DNA of 64,000 nucleotides from Alphaproteobacteria bacterium. GTDB taxonomy: Bacteria > Pseudomonadota > Alphaproteobacteria > UBA828. The position numbers were made by a program, and so were the translations under genes. The notes under the pieces were generated by a model, which made no database searches, was not told where the DNA came from, and saw only the letters and a list, made by a program, of their open reading frames with translations. This document shows, one piece after another, positions 53,255 through 63,834 of this stretch. Numbering within the stretch: position 1 is the stretch's first letter; the number at the start of each line of letters is the position of its first letter. Location: positions 1 to 64,000 of the forward strand of contig CAXXVO010000010.1 of NCBI GenBank assembly GCA_963422645.2, in the 5' to 3' direction.

Positions 53255-53772
53255 GCGGCCCGCATCTCGTCAGCCGGCTACGCGGGACCGCTTCGGACCA
53301 CATCGGGGAAGTCCACCGCTCGTCTCCGCCGCGCCGACCCTGGCGGTCTCAGCCAACGCCGTGACCTCGGGGTTGGAGCGTCACCGCGCGTCCCTCGCCA
53401 GAATCTGTTTCACGGCAAAACAGTCATGGTCCCCGCGGTTCTGAGCCACCCCGTGGCATGAAACAGGAGCGGTTCGGCTGACGTTTTCCTTGCGCTTGCA
53501 CCCATTTGCCGTGTCAGGATGGGTATTGGCGGAGGTGGGGACGTGTGAGCGTCGTTATATCGGTGACGTAGTTCCCGATGACAAAACTGCTTCCGGCGGC
53601 CGGCTCCGCACCCCGTATTGTACCCGGCCCGTGGCCGTGGACGCGCGGCAAATTGCACCGCACCCGCTCGTCGGATGCGTGTTCTTCCGACCGCTGTCCC
53701 CGCCTCCACCGTGGCGATGCCACGGCGTGATCGTACGCCGCCGTGGCGAGAGCGCAAATGAGGAGGAAGGCG

Positions 53773-55023
53773 ATGAAGACGGAAGGCTTGCACGTCGTCC
53801 GGCCGCGCGCGGCGGGTCTGGACGTGCACAAGATGGAGATCACCGCGACGGTTCGCCTCTGTGAGGGCGAGGGTGAGCCGGTGGTGGAGACGCGCTGCTT
53901 CGGCACGCTGCCGAGCGGTCTGGAGGAGATGGTCGCGTGGCTGACCGGTCACGGCGTCGAGGCTGCGGTGATGGAAGGGACCGGGGTCTACTGGCAGGCG
54001 CCCTTCGCGGCCCTGGAGGCGGCCGGGCTCGAGGCGATCCTGGTGCATGCGCGTCAGGTGAAGCAGTTGAAGGGGCGCAAGACCGACGTGGCGGACAGCG
54101 TGTGGCTGGCCTGCGTGTGCCAGTTCGGGCTCTGCACGCCTTCCCACGTTCCGCCTGAGCCGTTCCGGGAGCTGCGCGCACTGAGCCGCCAGCGCCGCGT
54201 CCTGGTCAGGCAGCGCTCCGCCGTGCGCAACCGCGTGCAGAAGATCATCGACCGCGCCGGTGCGCGCATCGGCGGCATCCTCTCCGACGTCTTCGGCGTC
54301 AACGGCCGGAAGATCCTCGACGGCCTGGCGCAGGGGACGGCGCGCGAGGTCATCCTCGCCTCGCTCACCAGCCACGTTGCGAACAAGCTGGAGGGGCTCG
54401 GCGAGGCGCTCACCCTGAGCCTGGGCGACAACGACCGCTTCATGCTCAACGACCTGCTGGAGGAGCATGACGCGCTTGAGGCGCGCATCGCGTCCTACAC
54501 CAGGAAGATCGACGGGCAGATGACACCGTGGGAGGAGCAGCTCCGTCTGCTGACCACCATCCCCGGCATCGACCGCACCGCCGCCTCGACCATCCTCATC
54601 GAGATCGGCCCCGACATCGGCGTGTTCGCCTCCAAGGAGCACTTCGCCGCCTGGGCCGGGCTCTGCCCCGGCAACAACGAGAGCGGGGGCAAGCGCCGCA
54701 ACGCACGCACCCGCATGGGCTCCAAGACCCTGCGCGCCTGCCTCGTCGAGTGTGCCCACGGCGCGGCCCGAACCAAGGGGTGCCAGTTCGAGGCTCATCA
54801 CCGCGCCCTCGCCGCCCGGCGCGGCTACAAGCGCGCCATCGTCGCCGGCGCTCACAAGATGCTGCGCATCATCTATGTGGTGCTCAAGACCGGCAGGCCC
54901 TACTACGACCGCACGGCCGACTACGACGCTCTGATGGTCAAGCGCAACGCTCCTCGGTGGATCCGCATGCTCCGCCGCTACGGCTACATCGAGCCCGTAG
55001 GCGCGGAACTCAAGGCCGCCTGA
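53773..55023 (+). CDS. IS110 recombinase, copy 4
   Basis: Identical translation to copy 1. Confidence 0.93.
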   Translation: MKTEGLHVVRPRAAGLDVHKMEITATVRLCEGEGEPVVETRCFGTLPSGLEEMVAWLTGHGVEAAVMEGTGVYWQAPFAALEAAGLEAILVHARQVKQLKGRKTDVADSVWLACVCQFGLCTPSHVPPEPFRELRALSRQRRVLVRQRSAVRNRVQKIIDRAGARIGGILSDVFGVNGRKILDGLAQGTAREVILASLTSHVANKLEGLGEALTLSLGDNDRFMLNDLLEEHDALEARIASYTRKIDGQMTPWEEQLRLLTTIPGIDRTAASTILIEIGPDIGVFASKEHFAAWAGLCPGNNESGGKRRNARTRMGSKTLRACLVECAHGAARTKGCQFEAHHRALAARRGYKRAIVAGAHKMLRIIYVVLKTGRPYYDRTADYDALMVKRNAPRWIRMLRRYGYIEPVGAELKAA

Positions 55024-55541
55024 GCGGCCCGCATCTCGTCAGCCGGCTACGCGGGACCGCTTCGGACCACATCGGGGAAGTCCACCGCTCGTCTCCGCCG
55101 CGCCGACCCTGGCGGTCTCAGCCAACGCCGTGACCTCGGGGTTGGAGCGTCACCGCGCGTCCCTCGCCAGAATCTGTTTCACGGCAAAACAGTCATGGTC
55201 CCCGCGGTTCTGAGCCACCCCGTGGCATGAAACAGGAGCGGTTCGGCTGACGTTTTCCTTGCGCTTGCACCCATTTGCCGTGTCAGGATGGGTATTGGCG
55301 GAGGTGGGGACGTGTGAGCGTCGTTATATCGGTGACGTAGTTCCCGATGACAAAACTGCTTCCGGCGGCCGGCTCCGCACCCCGTATTGTACCCGGCCCG
55401 TGGCCGTGGACGCGCGGCAAATTGCACCGCACCCGCTCGTCGGATGCGTGTTCTTCCGACCGCTGTCCCCGCCTCCACCGTGGCGATGCCACGGCGTGAT
55501 CGTACGCCGCCGTGGCGAGAGCGCAAATGAGGAGGAAGGCG

Positions 55542-56792
55542 ATGAAGACGGAAGGCTTGCACGTCGTCCGGCCGCGCGCGGCGGGTCTGGACGTGCACAA
55601 GATGGAGATCACCGCGACGGTTCGCCTCTGTGAGGGCGAGGGTGAGCCGGTGGTGGAGACGCGCTGCTTCGGCACGCTGCCGAGCGGTCTGGAGGAGATG
55701 GTCGCGTGGCTGACCGGTCACGGCGTCGAGGCTGCGGTGATGGAAGGGACCGGGGTCTACTGGCAGGCGCCCTTCGCGGCCCTGGAGGCGGCCGGGCTCG
55801 AGGCGATCCTGGTGCATGCGCGTCAGGTGAAGCAGTTGAAGGGGCGCAAGACCGACGTGGCGGACAGCGTGTGGCTGGCCTGCGTGTGCCAGTTCGGGCT
55901 CTGCACGCCTTCCCACGTTCCGCCTGAGCCGTTCCGGGAGCTGCGCGCACTGAGCCGCCAGCGCCGCGTCCTGGTCAGGCAGCGCTCCGCCGTGCGCAAC
56001 CGCGTGCAGAAGATCATCGACCGCGCCGGTGCGCGCATCGGCGGCATCCTCTCCGACGTCTTCGGCGTCAACGGCCGGAAGATCCTCGACGGCCTGGCGC
56101 AGGGGACGGCGCGCGAGGTCATCCTCGCCTCGCTCACCAGCCACGTTGCGAACAAGCTGGAGGGGCTCGGCGAGGCGCTCACCCTGAGCCTGGGCGACAA
56201 CGACCGCTTCATGCTCAACGACCTGCTGGAGGAGCATGACGCGCTTGAGGCGCGCATCGCGTCCTACACCAGGAAGATCGACGGGCAGATGACACCGTGG
56301 GAGGAGCAGCTCCGTCTGCTGACCACCATCCCCGGCATCGACCGCACCGCCGCCTCGACCATCCTCATCGAGATCGGCCCCGACATCGGCGTGTTCGCCT
56401 CCAAGGAGCACTTCGCCGCCTGGGCCGGGCTCTGCCCCGGCAACAACGAGAGCGGGGGCAAGCGCCGCAACGCACGCACCCGCATGGGCTCCAAGACCCT
56501 GCGCGCCTGCCTCGTCGAGTGTGCCCACGGCGCGGCCCGAACCAAGGGGTGCCAGTTCGAGGCTCATCACCGCGCCCTCGCCGCCCGGCGCGGCTACAAG
56601 CGCGCCATCGTCGCCGGCGCTCACAAGATGCTGCGCATCATCTATGTGGTGCTCAAGACCGGCAGGCCCTACTACGACCGCACGGCCGACTACGACGCTC
56701 TGATGGTCAAGCGCAACGCTCCTCGGTGGATCCGCATGCTCCGCCGCTACGGCTACATCGAGCCCGTAGGCGCGGAACTCAAGGCCGCCTGA
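55542..56792 (+). CDS. IS110 recombinase, copy 5
   Basis: Identical translation to copy 1. Confidence 0.93.
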   Translation: MKTEGLHVVRPRAAGLDVHKMEITATVRLCEGEGEPVVETRCFGTLPSGLEEMVAWLTGHGVEAAVMEGTGVYWQAPFAALEAAGLEAILVHARQVKQLKGRKTDVADSVWLACVCQFGLCTPSHVPPEPFRELRALSRQRRVLVRQRSAVRNRVQKIIDRAGARIGGILSDVFGVNGRKILDGLAQGTAREVILASLTSHVANKLEGLGEALTLSLGDNDRFMLNDLLEEHDALEARIASYTRKIDGQMTPWEEQLRLLTTIPGIDRTAASTILIEIGPDIGVFASKEHFAAWAGLCPGNNESGGKRRNARTRMGSKTLRACLVECAHGAARTKGCQFEAHHRALAARRGYKRAIVAGAHKMLRIIYVVLKTGRPYYDRTADYDALMVKRNAPRWIRMLRRYGYIEPVGAELKAA

Positions 56793-56975
56793 GCGGCCCG
56801 CATCTCGTCAGCCGGCTACGCGGGACCGCTTCGGACCACATCGGGGAAGTCCACCGCTCGTCTCCGCCGCGCCGACCCTGGCGGTCTCAGCCAACGCCGT
56901 GACCTCGGGGTTGGAGCGTCACCGCGCGTCCCTCGCCAGAATCTGTTTCACGGCAAGAATAGCGGCCGAACACCG

Positions 56976-57371
56976 ATGCGCGTCCTTCTCGATACGTCAT
57001 ACCTCTATAAGCTCATGCGGGCCCATGGTTGGATTTCCGAGCTGGAGCGTCGGTTCTTCGACACGTGGGAGGCACGGCTCTACGTGAGCGCCGTGTCGAT
57101 CTGGGAGATGCGCCTCAAGTTTCGCGCCATACATCCGTCCGGCGAGCGCAAGAGCCCTTACGATCCGAACGATGTGGTCGCCGCGCTCGAACGGCAGGGG
57201 GTGACGTTCCTGACCATGACCGCGCGGCACGCCGCGTGCGATCTCGAGACCCCAATTCCTCACAAGGACCCGTTCGACGAGCTTCTTCTGGTGCAGGCCC
57301 AGGAAGAGGGGCTAAAACTCCTCACCGACGATCGTCGACTCATCGGGCACCCCCTGACCATCACGGCATAG
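56976..57371 (+). CDS. vapC: PIN-domain VapC-family toxin
   Basis: [26 protein letters not shown]. Confidence 0.9.
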   Translation: MRVLLDTSYLYKLMRAHGWISELERRFFDTWEARLYVSAVSIWEMRLKFRAIHPSGERKSPYDPNDVVAALERQGVTFLTMTARHAACDLETPIPHKDPFDELLLVQAQEEGLKLLTDDRRLIGHPLTITA

Positions 57372-57372
57372 C

Positions 57373-59052
57373 ATGAGCGCAGGCGACGACTTTATTCGGG
57401 CGGTGGTCCGCGCCGACCTGGAAGCCGGGCGGCATGACGAGGTGGTGACCCGCTTCCCGCCCGAGCCCAACGGCTATCTCCACATCGGGCACGCCAAGTC
57501 GATCTGCCTCAACTTCGGCGTGCCGCAGGAGTTCGGCGGGCGCTGCCACATGCGCTTCGACGACACCAACCCCACGAAGGAGGAGCACGAGTTCATCGAG
57601 GCGATCATGGCGGACGTGCGCTGGCTCGGCTTCGACTGGGGCAGCCATCTCTATTTCGCCTCCGACCATTTCGAGCGCCTCTACGCGTGGGCCGAGCACC
57701 TGATCCAGATTGGCGACGCCTACGTGGACGATCTTTCGGCCGAGGAAATCCGCGCGCACCGCGGCACGCTGACCGAGCCCGGGCGCGACAGCCCCTATCG
57801 CACCCGCCCGGCGGCGGAGAGCCTGGATCTCTTCCGCCGCATGCGCGCGGGCGAGTTCGGCGAAGGCGCGCGGGTGCTGCGGGCGAAGATCGACATGGCG
57901 TCGGGCAACATCAACATGCGGGACCCCGTGCTCTACCGCATCCTGCACGCTGCCCACCCGCGCACCGGCGATGAGTGGTGCATCTATCCCACCTACGATT
58001 TCGCCCACGGGCAGTCGGACGCGATCGAGGGCGTGACGCATTCGCTCTGCACGCTTGAGTTCGAGGACCACCGCCCGCTCTACGACTGGCTTATCGAGCA
58101 CCTGCCGGTGCCGATGGTGCCGCGGCAGTACGAGTTCTCGCGCCTCAATCTCAGCCACACCCTGCTCTCCAAGCGGCGCCTCACGCAGATGGTGGAGGAG
58201 GGCCGGGTGGACGGCTGGGACGACCCCCGGATGCCGACCCTGCGCGGCCTGCGCCGGCGGGGTGTGCCGCCCGAGGCGATCCGCGACTTCGTGGGCCTGC
58301 TCGCCATCTCCAAGACCAGCGACAACCTGGTGGAGCAGGCCATGCTCGACCATGCGGTGCGCGAGCGGTTGAACAAGACCGCGCCGCGCCGCTTCGGGGT
58401 GCTCAAGCCGCTCAAGCTCGTGATCGAGAACTACCCGGAAGGCGAGGGCGAGTGGGTCGACGCCCTCAACAACCCGGAGGACCCGGATGCGGGCACCCGG
58501 CAAGTCCGCTTCAGCCGCACCCTTTACGTCGAGGCCGACGACTTCATGGAGGACCCGCCCAGGAAATTCTTCCGGCTGGCGCCGGGCCGCGAGGCGCGGC
58601 TGCGCTACGGCTACCTCGTGACCTGCCAGGAGGCGGTCAAGGACTCCTCGGGCGCCGTCACCGAGCTTCGCTGCACCTACGACCCCGAGACCCGTGGCGG
58701 CCAGGCGCCGGACGGGCGCAAGGTGAGGGGCGCGCTGCACTGGCTCTCGGCGCAGGACTCGGTCGAGGCCGAGGTGCGGCTCTACGACTCCCTCTTTACC
58801 GAGCCGCTGCCGGGTACGGACGGCGGCGCGCTGTGGGACGACCTCAATCCGGCATCCCGCACCGTGCTGACCGGCTGCCGGCTCGAGCGGGCTCTCGCCG
58901 ACGCGGCGCCGGGGGAGACAGTGCAGTTCGAGCGCCAAGGCTATTTCTGCCCCGATCCGGTCTCCACCCCGGACGCGCCGGTCTTCAACCGCACGGTGGG
59001 CCTGCGCGATTCCTGGGCACGGGCGCAGAAGCGGGCGGTGAGCCAGGGCTGA
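57373..59052 (+). CDS. glnS: Glutaminyl-tRNA synthetase
   Basis: [48 protein letters not shown]. Confidence 0.95.
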   Translation: MSAGDDFIRAVVRADLEAGRHDEVVTRFPPEPNGYLHIGHAKSICLNFGVPQEFGGRCHMRFDDTNPTKEEHEFIEAIMADVRWLGFDWGSHLYFASDHFERLYAWAEHLIQIGDAYVDDLSAEEIRAHRGTLTEPGRDSPYRTRPAAESLDLFRRMRAGEFGEGARVLRAKIDMASGNINMRDPVLYRILHAAHPRTGDEWCIYPTYDFAHGQSDAIEGVTHSLCTLEFEDHRPLYDWLIEHLPVPMVPRQYEFSRLNLSHTLLSKRRLTQMVEEGRVDGWDDPRMPTLRGLRRRGVPPEAIRDFVGLLAISKTSDNLVEQAMLDHAVRERLNKTAPRRFGVLKPLKLVIENYPEGEGEWVDALNNPEDPDAGTRQVRFSRTLYVEADDFMEDPPRKFFRLAPGREARLRYGYLVTCQEAVKDSSGAVTELRCTYDPETRGGQAPDGRKVRGALHWLSAQDSVEAEVRLYDSLFTEPLPGTDGGALWDDLNPASRTVLTGCRLERALADAAPGETVQFERQGYFCPDPVSTPDAPVFNRTVGLRDSWARAQKRAVSQG

Positions 59053-59315
59053 GCCGCTCCCTGCACCAGGGACTTGGTGGACGTCGGGGCCGGCACGTTT
59101 TCGGGAACTGACGCTCCTGCTTGCTCAACGCCCCGGAACATGGTGCCCGTCGCGGCGCTGGCCTTGACCGAGGTGAAGGTCGTGCCGAACCCGGGTTCGG
59201 GCGTGAACTACACCTGATTGCGGAACCTTCGAGGCCGGCCGCAGCCCGAGGCGTCAGGTGCTTGTCATCGAACACGCGCCATGAAAGGTTTCGTCGCAGC
59301 GGCGGGAGCAGCTGG

Positions 59316-59996
59316 GTGGCCGATGAGTTGCAAAGGGTCGAACTGGTCATATTCGACTGCGATGGAGTCATCGCCGACAGCGAGGTCATCAGCGCAAGGC
59401 TCCTGGTCCGACAGCTCCTGCCCTACGGCATATGCATCGACACCGATTACGTCTTTCGCAACTTTGTCGGCAGGAGCTTCCCCGTCGCGGCCGGCATCAT
59501 CAGCGAGCGTTTCGGAGTAGCGCTGCCCACCACGTTCGAGAGCGATTATCGCGCGGCGCTGCGCGAGGCCTTCGCCGAGAGTCTGCAGGCCACGCCCGGA
59601 TTGCCCGACGTGTTGGATCAACTGACCTGCGCCTCTTGTATCGCGACCAGCTCGAGCCCACAGCGTGTGGCCTATACCCTGGAGATCCTCGGACTCACCG
59701 ACTATTTCGGCGCCGATGTCTTCACGGCGTCCCAGGTTGCGAAGGGAAAGCCGGCGCCCGACCTCTTCCTGTTCGCAGCCCGCGAGATGTCGACGCCGCC
59801 GGAGCGCTGCCTGGTAATCGAGGACAGCGTTGCGGGGATCGAAGCGGGGCTGGCGGCCGGCATGAAGGTCTGGCGTTACGTGGGTGCATCGCATATCGCC
59901 GATCCCGCCCAGGCGCGCGATGAGACGCCGGCTGGCGTGACTGTCTTTGACAATTGGGACCGCTTTTACGTATTGGCGCCTGAACTGAGGGCGTGA
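59316..59996 (+). CDS. HAD-family phosphatase
   Basis: FDCDGV, ATSS, KPAPD, IEDS. Confidence 0.9.
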   Translation: MADELQRVELVIFDCDGVIADSEVISARLLVRQLLPYGICIDTDYVFRNFVGRSFPVAAGIISERFGVALPTTFESDYRAALREAFAESLQATPGLPDVLDQLTCASCIATSSSPQRVAYTLEILGLTDYFGADVFTASQVAKGKPAPDLFLFAAREMSTPPERCLVIEDSVAGIEAGLAAGMKVWRYVGASHIADPAQARDETPAGVTVFDNWDRFYVLAPELRA

Positions 59997-60006
59997 CAGA
60001 GCGAGC

Positions 60007-60959
60007 ATGGCCAGGACCAACGGCGGCAACCGTCTGGACGACGCGGCTCGGGCCGGATGGCTCTACTACGTCGCGGGCAACACCCAGGACGAGATCGCGC
60101 ACAAGCTGGGCGTGTCGCGGCAGTCTGCGCAGAGGCTGGTGTCGCTGGCGGTCAGCGAGAAGCTGATCAAGTTCCGACTGGATCACCCCATCGCACACTG
60201 CATGGAGCTTTCGGCGCAACTGAGTCGGCGCTTCGGTCTGCAATCCTGCGAGATCGTGCCGTCGGACCCGGGCGCGCCCGAGTCGATCACCGGCGTTGCC
60301 ATTGCCGGCGCTGCGGAGATGGAGAAGCAGCTCGATACGAAGACGCCCAGGGTCATTGCAGTGGGGACGGGTCGCGTCCTGCGCGCCTGCGTCGAGCAAC
60401 TGCCGTCGATGGATTGCCCGCAGCATCACCTTGTTTCGCTGGTCGGCAATACGATGCCCGATGGGTCCGCCACCGCCTACAACGTCGTGGTGCGCATGGC
60501 CGAGCGTGTCGGCGGCCGGCACAACCCGATGCCGCTCCCCGTGCTGGTGCGCAAGCCGGCCGAGCTCCCCATACTGCACAGCCAGGAACCGGTGGCGAAG
60601 ACGCTTGGGCTGTGCGCCGACGCCGGCGCGACCTTCGTCGGGATCGGTCACATCGATGGCTCGGCGCCGCTCACGGTGGACGGGTTCATCACCCATGAGG
60701 AAAGCCGGGCGCTCATCCGCATGGGCGCGGTTGGCGAGATCGTCGGCTGGGTCTTCGATTCCAGGGCAGGCTGATCGAGGGCCTGACCAACGATCGGGTT
60801 TCGAGCGCGCCGCTGGTGCCCGCAACCCCGCGCCCGATGATCGGGCTCGCCGTCGGCGAAGTCAAGGTCGCCGCGATTCTCGGAGCCATGCGCGGCCAGC
60901 TCATCAACGCGCTGGTCACCGACGAAGCGACGGTCGAGGCGATTCTGGCGCACGCCTGA
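60007..60959 (+). pseudogene. SorC/DeoR-type sugar-binding transcriptional regulator, frameshift near 60765
   Basis: AGWLYYVAGNTQDEIA HTH; continues in another frame to ...LINALVTDEATVEAILAHA*; may be a sequencing error. Confidence 0.8.
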
Positions 60960-60965
60960 CCAGCT

Positions 60966-60992
60966 TGGAGCGTTTCCCTTTCACACGGAAAC
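60966..60992. repeat. REP-like hairpin
   Basis: GCGTTTCC-ctttcacac-GGAAACGC stem just after the stop codon. Confidence 0.4.
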
Positions 60993-61071
60993 GCGCACCT
61001 TCGGTTCTACGCAACTGATTCGATTGCGATTGTCTTCCGTATCTATTGCCACAGGGCGCGGAATTCAAGCC

Positions 61072-61105
61072 TGTCAATCGGCTTTCAATATTGACCCCCG
61101 ATTGG
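61072..61105. mobile_element. Orphan IS21-like terminal repeat
   Basis: 32/34 identical to the IS21 end at 36305-36338. Confidence 0.85.
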
Positions 61106-61257
61106 AGATGCCGTAATGGGGCTTGGCGCCGGCGTGCAGCGTCTCGGCCTGTCGCGATGACGGCGAATCGGTTGTCGTTGCCCTTACACGCGTAGCGTGT
61201 TCACGGGGTCTTGCCGCAAGGCGCGCCCCAATTCCTCTGGAGGAAAGGGCAACGACA

Positions 61258-62298
61258 ATGGACGTCTGTATCGGGCTGGATGTATCGCTGGCAAGCACGG
61301 CGGTTTGCGTTCTCGACGAGAAGGGCAAGATCGCGACCGAGGCGCAGGTCGCCAGCACGCCTGAAGCGCTGGTTGGGTTCCTGCACAAGCTGCCGCACGA
61401 GATCACCGCGATCGGTCTCGAGGCCGGTCCCTTGTCCCACTGGTTGCACAAGGGAATGACCGACGCCGGCTTCGAGGCCGTGTTGATGGAGACCCGGCAG
61501 GTAAAGGGTGCGCTGAAGGCCATGCCGATCAAGACCGATCGCCGGGACGCCGAGGGCATCGCACGGCTGTTGCTGATGGGGTGGTTTCGGCCGGTGCACT
61601 GCAAGTCGGTGTCATCGCAAGAGATGCGAGCCCTCCTGACCTCGCGCAAGTCCGTGCTGGACGCGATCATCCGCCTGGAGGTCTCGCTGCGCGGCGTCCT
61701 GCGTAACTTTGGCCTGAAGCTGGGCCTGATCTCGAAGGGCCGCTATGAGGCCCGAGTGCGGGAGTTGGTCGCCGGCAACGCGATGCTGGAAGCGGCAGCC
61801 GAACCGATCCTGGGCGCGCGGGCGGCCCTGCGCCGCGAGTTCGCCGAGCTGGAGAAGCTGGTCCGCACTCTGGCAAGGCAAGACAGGGCATGCCGCCTGT
61901 TGATGACCATGCCGGGCGTGGGGCATGTCATAGCCCTGACCTTCAAGTCCGCGATCGACGACCCGGAGCGGTTCCGAAGATCGAAGGATGTCGGCCCCTG
62001 GGTAGGGCTGACGCCGGCGCGGGAGCAGTCCGGGGAGAGGGATATTGTCGGCCGGATCACCAAGGCCGGCGATGCCGGTCTGCGCGCGGCTCTTTACCAA
62101 GCCGCAACGGTGATGCTGAACCGCACAGGGCCGAACTGGCTGAAGGCTTGGGCGCTACGTTTGGCGAAGCACAGGGGCAAGAAGCGCGCGACCGTTGCCT
62201 TGGCCCGGCGCATCGGTGTTGTGCTTCACCGAATGTGGCGGGATGGAACCGAGTTCCGCTTTACGCGCGAGGAAGCGATGGCGCTTCGGACGGCATAG
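61258..62298 (+). CDS. IS110-family recombinase
   Basis: GLDVS, LEAG, KTDRRDA, EQSGE. Confidence 0.95.
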   Translation: MDVCIGLDVSLASTAVCVLDEKGKIATEAQVASTPEALVGFLHKLPHEITAIGLEAGPLSHWLHKGMTDAGFEAVLMETRQVKGALKAMPIKTDRRDAEGIARLLLMGWFRPVHCKSVSSQEMRALLTSRKSVLDAIIRLEVSLRGVLRNFGLKLGLISKGRYEARVRELVAGNAMLEAAAEPILGARAALRREFAELEKLVRTLARQDRACRLLMTMPGVGHVIALTFKSAIDDPERFRRSKDVGPWVGLTPAREQSGERDIVGRITKAGDAGLRAALYQAATVMLNRTGPNWLKAWALRLAKHRGKKRATVALARRIGVVLHRMWRDGTEFRFTREEAMALRTA

Positions 62299-62369
62299 GC
62301 GCGGCTGCATCCCATCGGCAGTCAGCGAGGAGAGGAGGAAAGAGCCGCGCCTGAAGGTGGGCGAGCCAC

Positions 62370-62550
62370 CAACGTCCCCTCGCCGGGACGCGGTCCCCGA
62401 TGATGCACGTGGGCCCACTTGTTTGCCGAACCGGCCTGTCGTGTTCGAGCACGCTGTGGAGATAGGCACTCGGGAACCGATTTGGACTGGGCATGATGTT
62501 GGCAGCCGATGCGCTGACCACGGACAGAAGCGAGAACCCGGCGAAGGACA
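62370..62550 (+). ncRNA. Predicted seek/bridge RNA of the IS1111-type element
   Basis: Four segments matching target and donor halves (see findings); boundaries approximate. Confidence 0.65.
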
Positions 62551-62759
62551 CAAGACGTTGAGCAAGCGCGAGATCGATACGGTCGGCCCCATTGCACCTG
62601 ACACCGGCAACCTCCTCCGCGCCTCACCCGGCGCCTCATAGCCAGGCCGAAGGAGCCCCTACACCACGCCAGGAAAACAACTGATTGGCGCGACAATGAT
62701 CTATTGAAAATCGAGCTTGACGGGAAACGCCCCATTACAGAAGTGGGCCCCTGGGGTCG

Positions 62760-62895
62760 GGCAACCGGGGCCGGCGCCGTCGAGAGAGTGCATTGCGGCA
62801 TCGGCACGGGTATCCAGCCAGCGCTCGACGCCTGCTGCGACGGCTTCGCTGTCACCGGTGTAGGTGCCGTTCAGCCAGCGGGTGATGCTGGAGCC
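62760..62895 (-). pseudogene. Fragment resembling the N-terminal HTH of MuB-type transposition ATPases
   Basis: SSITRWLNGTYTGDSEAVAAGVERWLD. Confidence 0.4.
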
Positions 62896-62993
62896 CTTAT
62901 GGGCTGTGAGCGTTCTGCCAAGTCCGGTGAAGGGTCGAAAACGCATGGCCTGAGGCGCTGGCCATCGAGTGCGGCCTCCCGATCCCGGGTACT

Positions 62994-63785
62994 TCAGCCG
63001 AAAACCGCACGCCCGCCTGTGAGGACCACTACCTCTCCGACCTTCGCCTGGAAGAACAGCCCGGCGCCATTGCCATCTGCGGTCACGTCGATCGCATCCC
63101 CTGGCATCACCGGTGCTGCGAGGCGCGCTTCGAGGCGTCTGAGTTCGCTCGGGTGAGCCCCCGCCGGCTCGGCGAGCATTCGCGCCGCGATCCCGAGTGT
63201 GCAGAGGCCGTGGAGGATCGGTCGATCGAAGCCGTTGGCGCGCGCGACCTCGATATCGATGTGGATCGGATGCAGGTCACCGGTCAGCCGGTAAAGCGCC
63301 GCCCGGCTACGATCGGTCGCGTGGCGGCCTTGCCAGGACGGCTGCCATTCCTGAGGCGTAGCCGACGGCCCCCGCTCGCCTCCCCAGCCTCCGCGCCCCG
63401 GCAGGAAGATGCCGTAGCGCGCCGTGAAGAGCTCGCACTCCACGACGATGGTGACAATCGCCGCCTTGCCCTTGTCCCATACCTCGGCGACCCGTCCCCG
63501 AGCCTCGAACGAGCCGTTGCGGGGCATCGGCGCGTGCACGTCCAGGCTCTGGGCAGCGTGGAGTGACCTGTTCCGGTCGTAGGCACCGAGGCCGCCTGCC
63601 GATTCGACCGCCCAAAGGCCGAGGGCGCAGGCGTAGGTCGGCAACACCCTGAGGTCCCGCTCGTAGACGAGCTCCGTCTCGTCGCTCGAGGCCCCGACGG
63701 CGAGCGCATAGAGTATCGCGTCGCGCGTGTCGTAGCCGATGGTTCGGGTGCCGAGATCGTGCCCGGCCAGATCCTTGAGCTCCAT
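62994..63785 (-). CDS. MaoC-like double hot-dog dehydratase
   Basis: DAILYALAVG, YRLTGDLHPIHID, ILHGLCT. Confidence 0.9.
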   Translation of the reverse strand: MELKDLAGHDLGTRTIGYDTRDAILYALAVGASSDETELVYERDLRVLPTYACALGLWAVESAGGLGAYDRNRSLHAAQSLDVHAPMPRNGSFEARGRVAEVWDKGKAAIVTIVVECELFTARYGIFLPGRGGWGGERGPSATPQEWQPSWQGRHATDRSRAALYRLTGDLHPIHIDIEVARANGFDRPILHGLCTLGIAARMLAEPAGAHPSELRRLEARLAAPVMPGDAIDVTADGNGAGLFFQAKVGEVVVLTGGRAVFG

Positions 63786-63834
63786 GGGGTCGCGGTCTCC
63801 TCTATGCCGCCGCCGAGGCGCCGCTTCGCGCCTT

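Larger units (their letters stand above)
48115..56954 (+). repeat. Head-to-tail array of five IS110 elements (units start at 48115, 49883, 51651, 53420, 55189)
   Basis: Period 1768/1768/1769/1769 bp; junctions CACGGC-AA-ACAGTC (x2) and CACGGC-AAA-ACAGTC (x2); identical ORF translations. Confidence 0.95.
61106..62741 (+). mobile_element. IS1111-type (IS110 family) element
   Basis: Subterminal IRs GTAATGGGGC (61113) / GCCCCATTAC (62738), 7 and 3 nt from the ends; AGA core on both sides; long 3' non-coding region. Confidence 0.9.

Noticed and set aside
47845-57371. Ancestral in-frame antitoxin-toxin fusion (if the empty site were GAC AAG AAT)
   Set aside because: The alternative reconstruction GAC AAA GAA TAG gives a normal stop and fits both the 3-A junctions and the guide register
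62717-62741. Circle-junction promoter of the IS1111-type element (TTGACG with left-end CGTAAT)
   Set aside because: Spacing in the reconstructed junction is about 22 bp, too long to call with confidence
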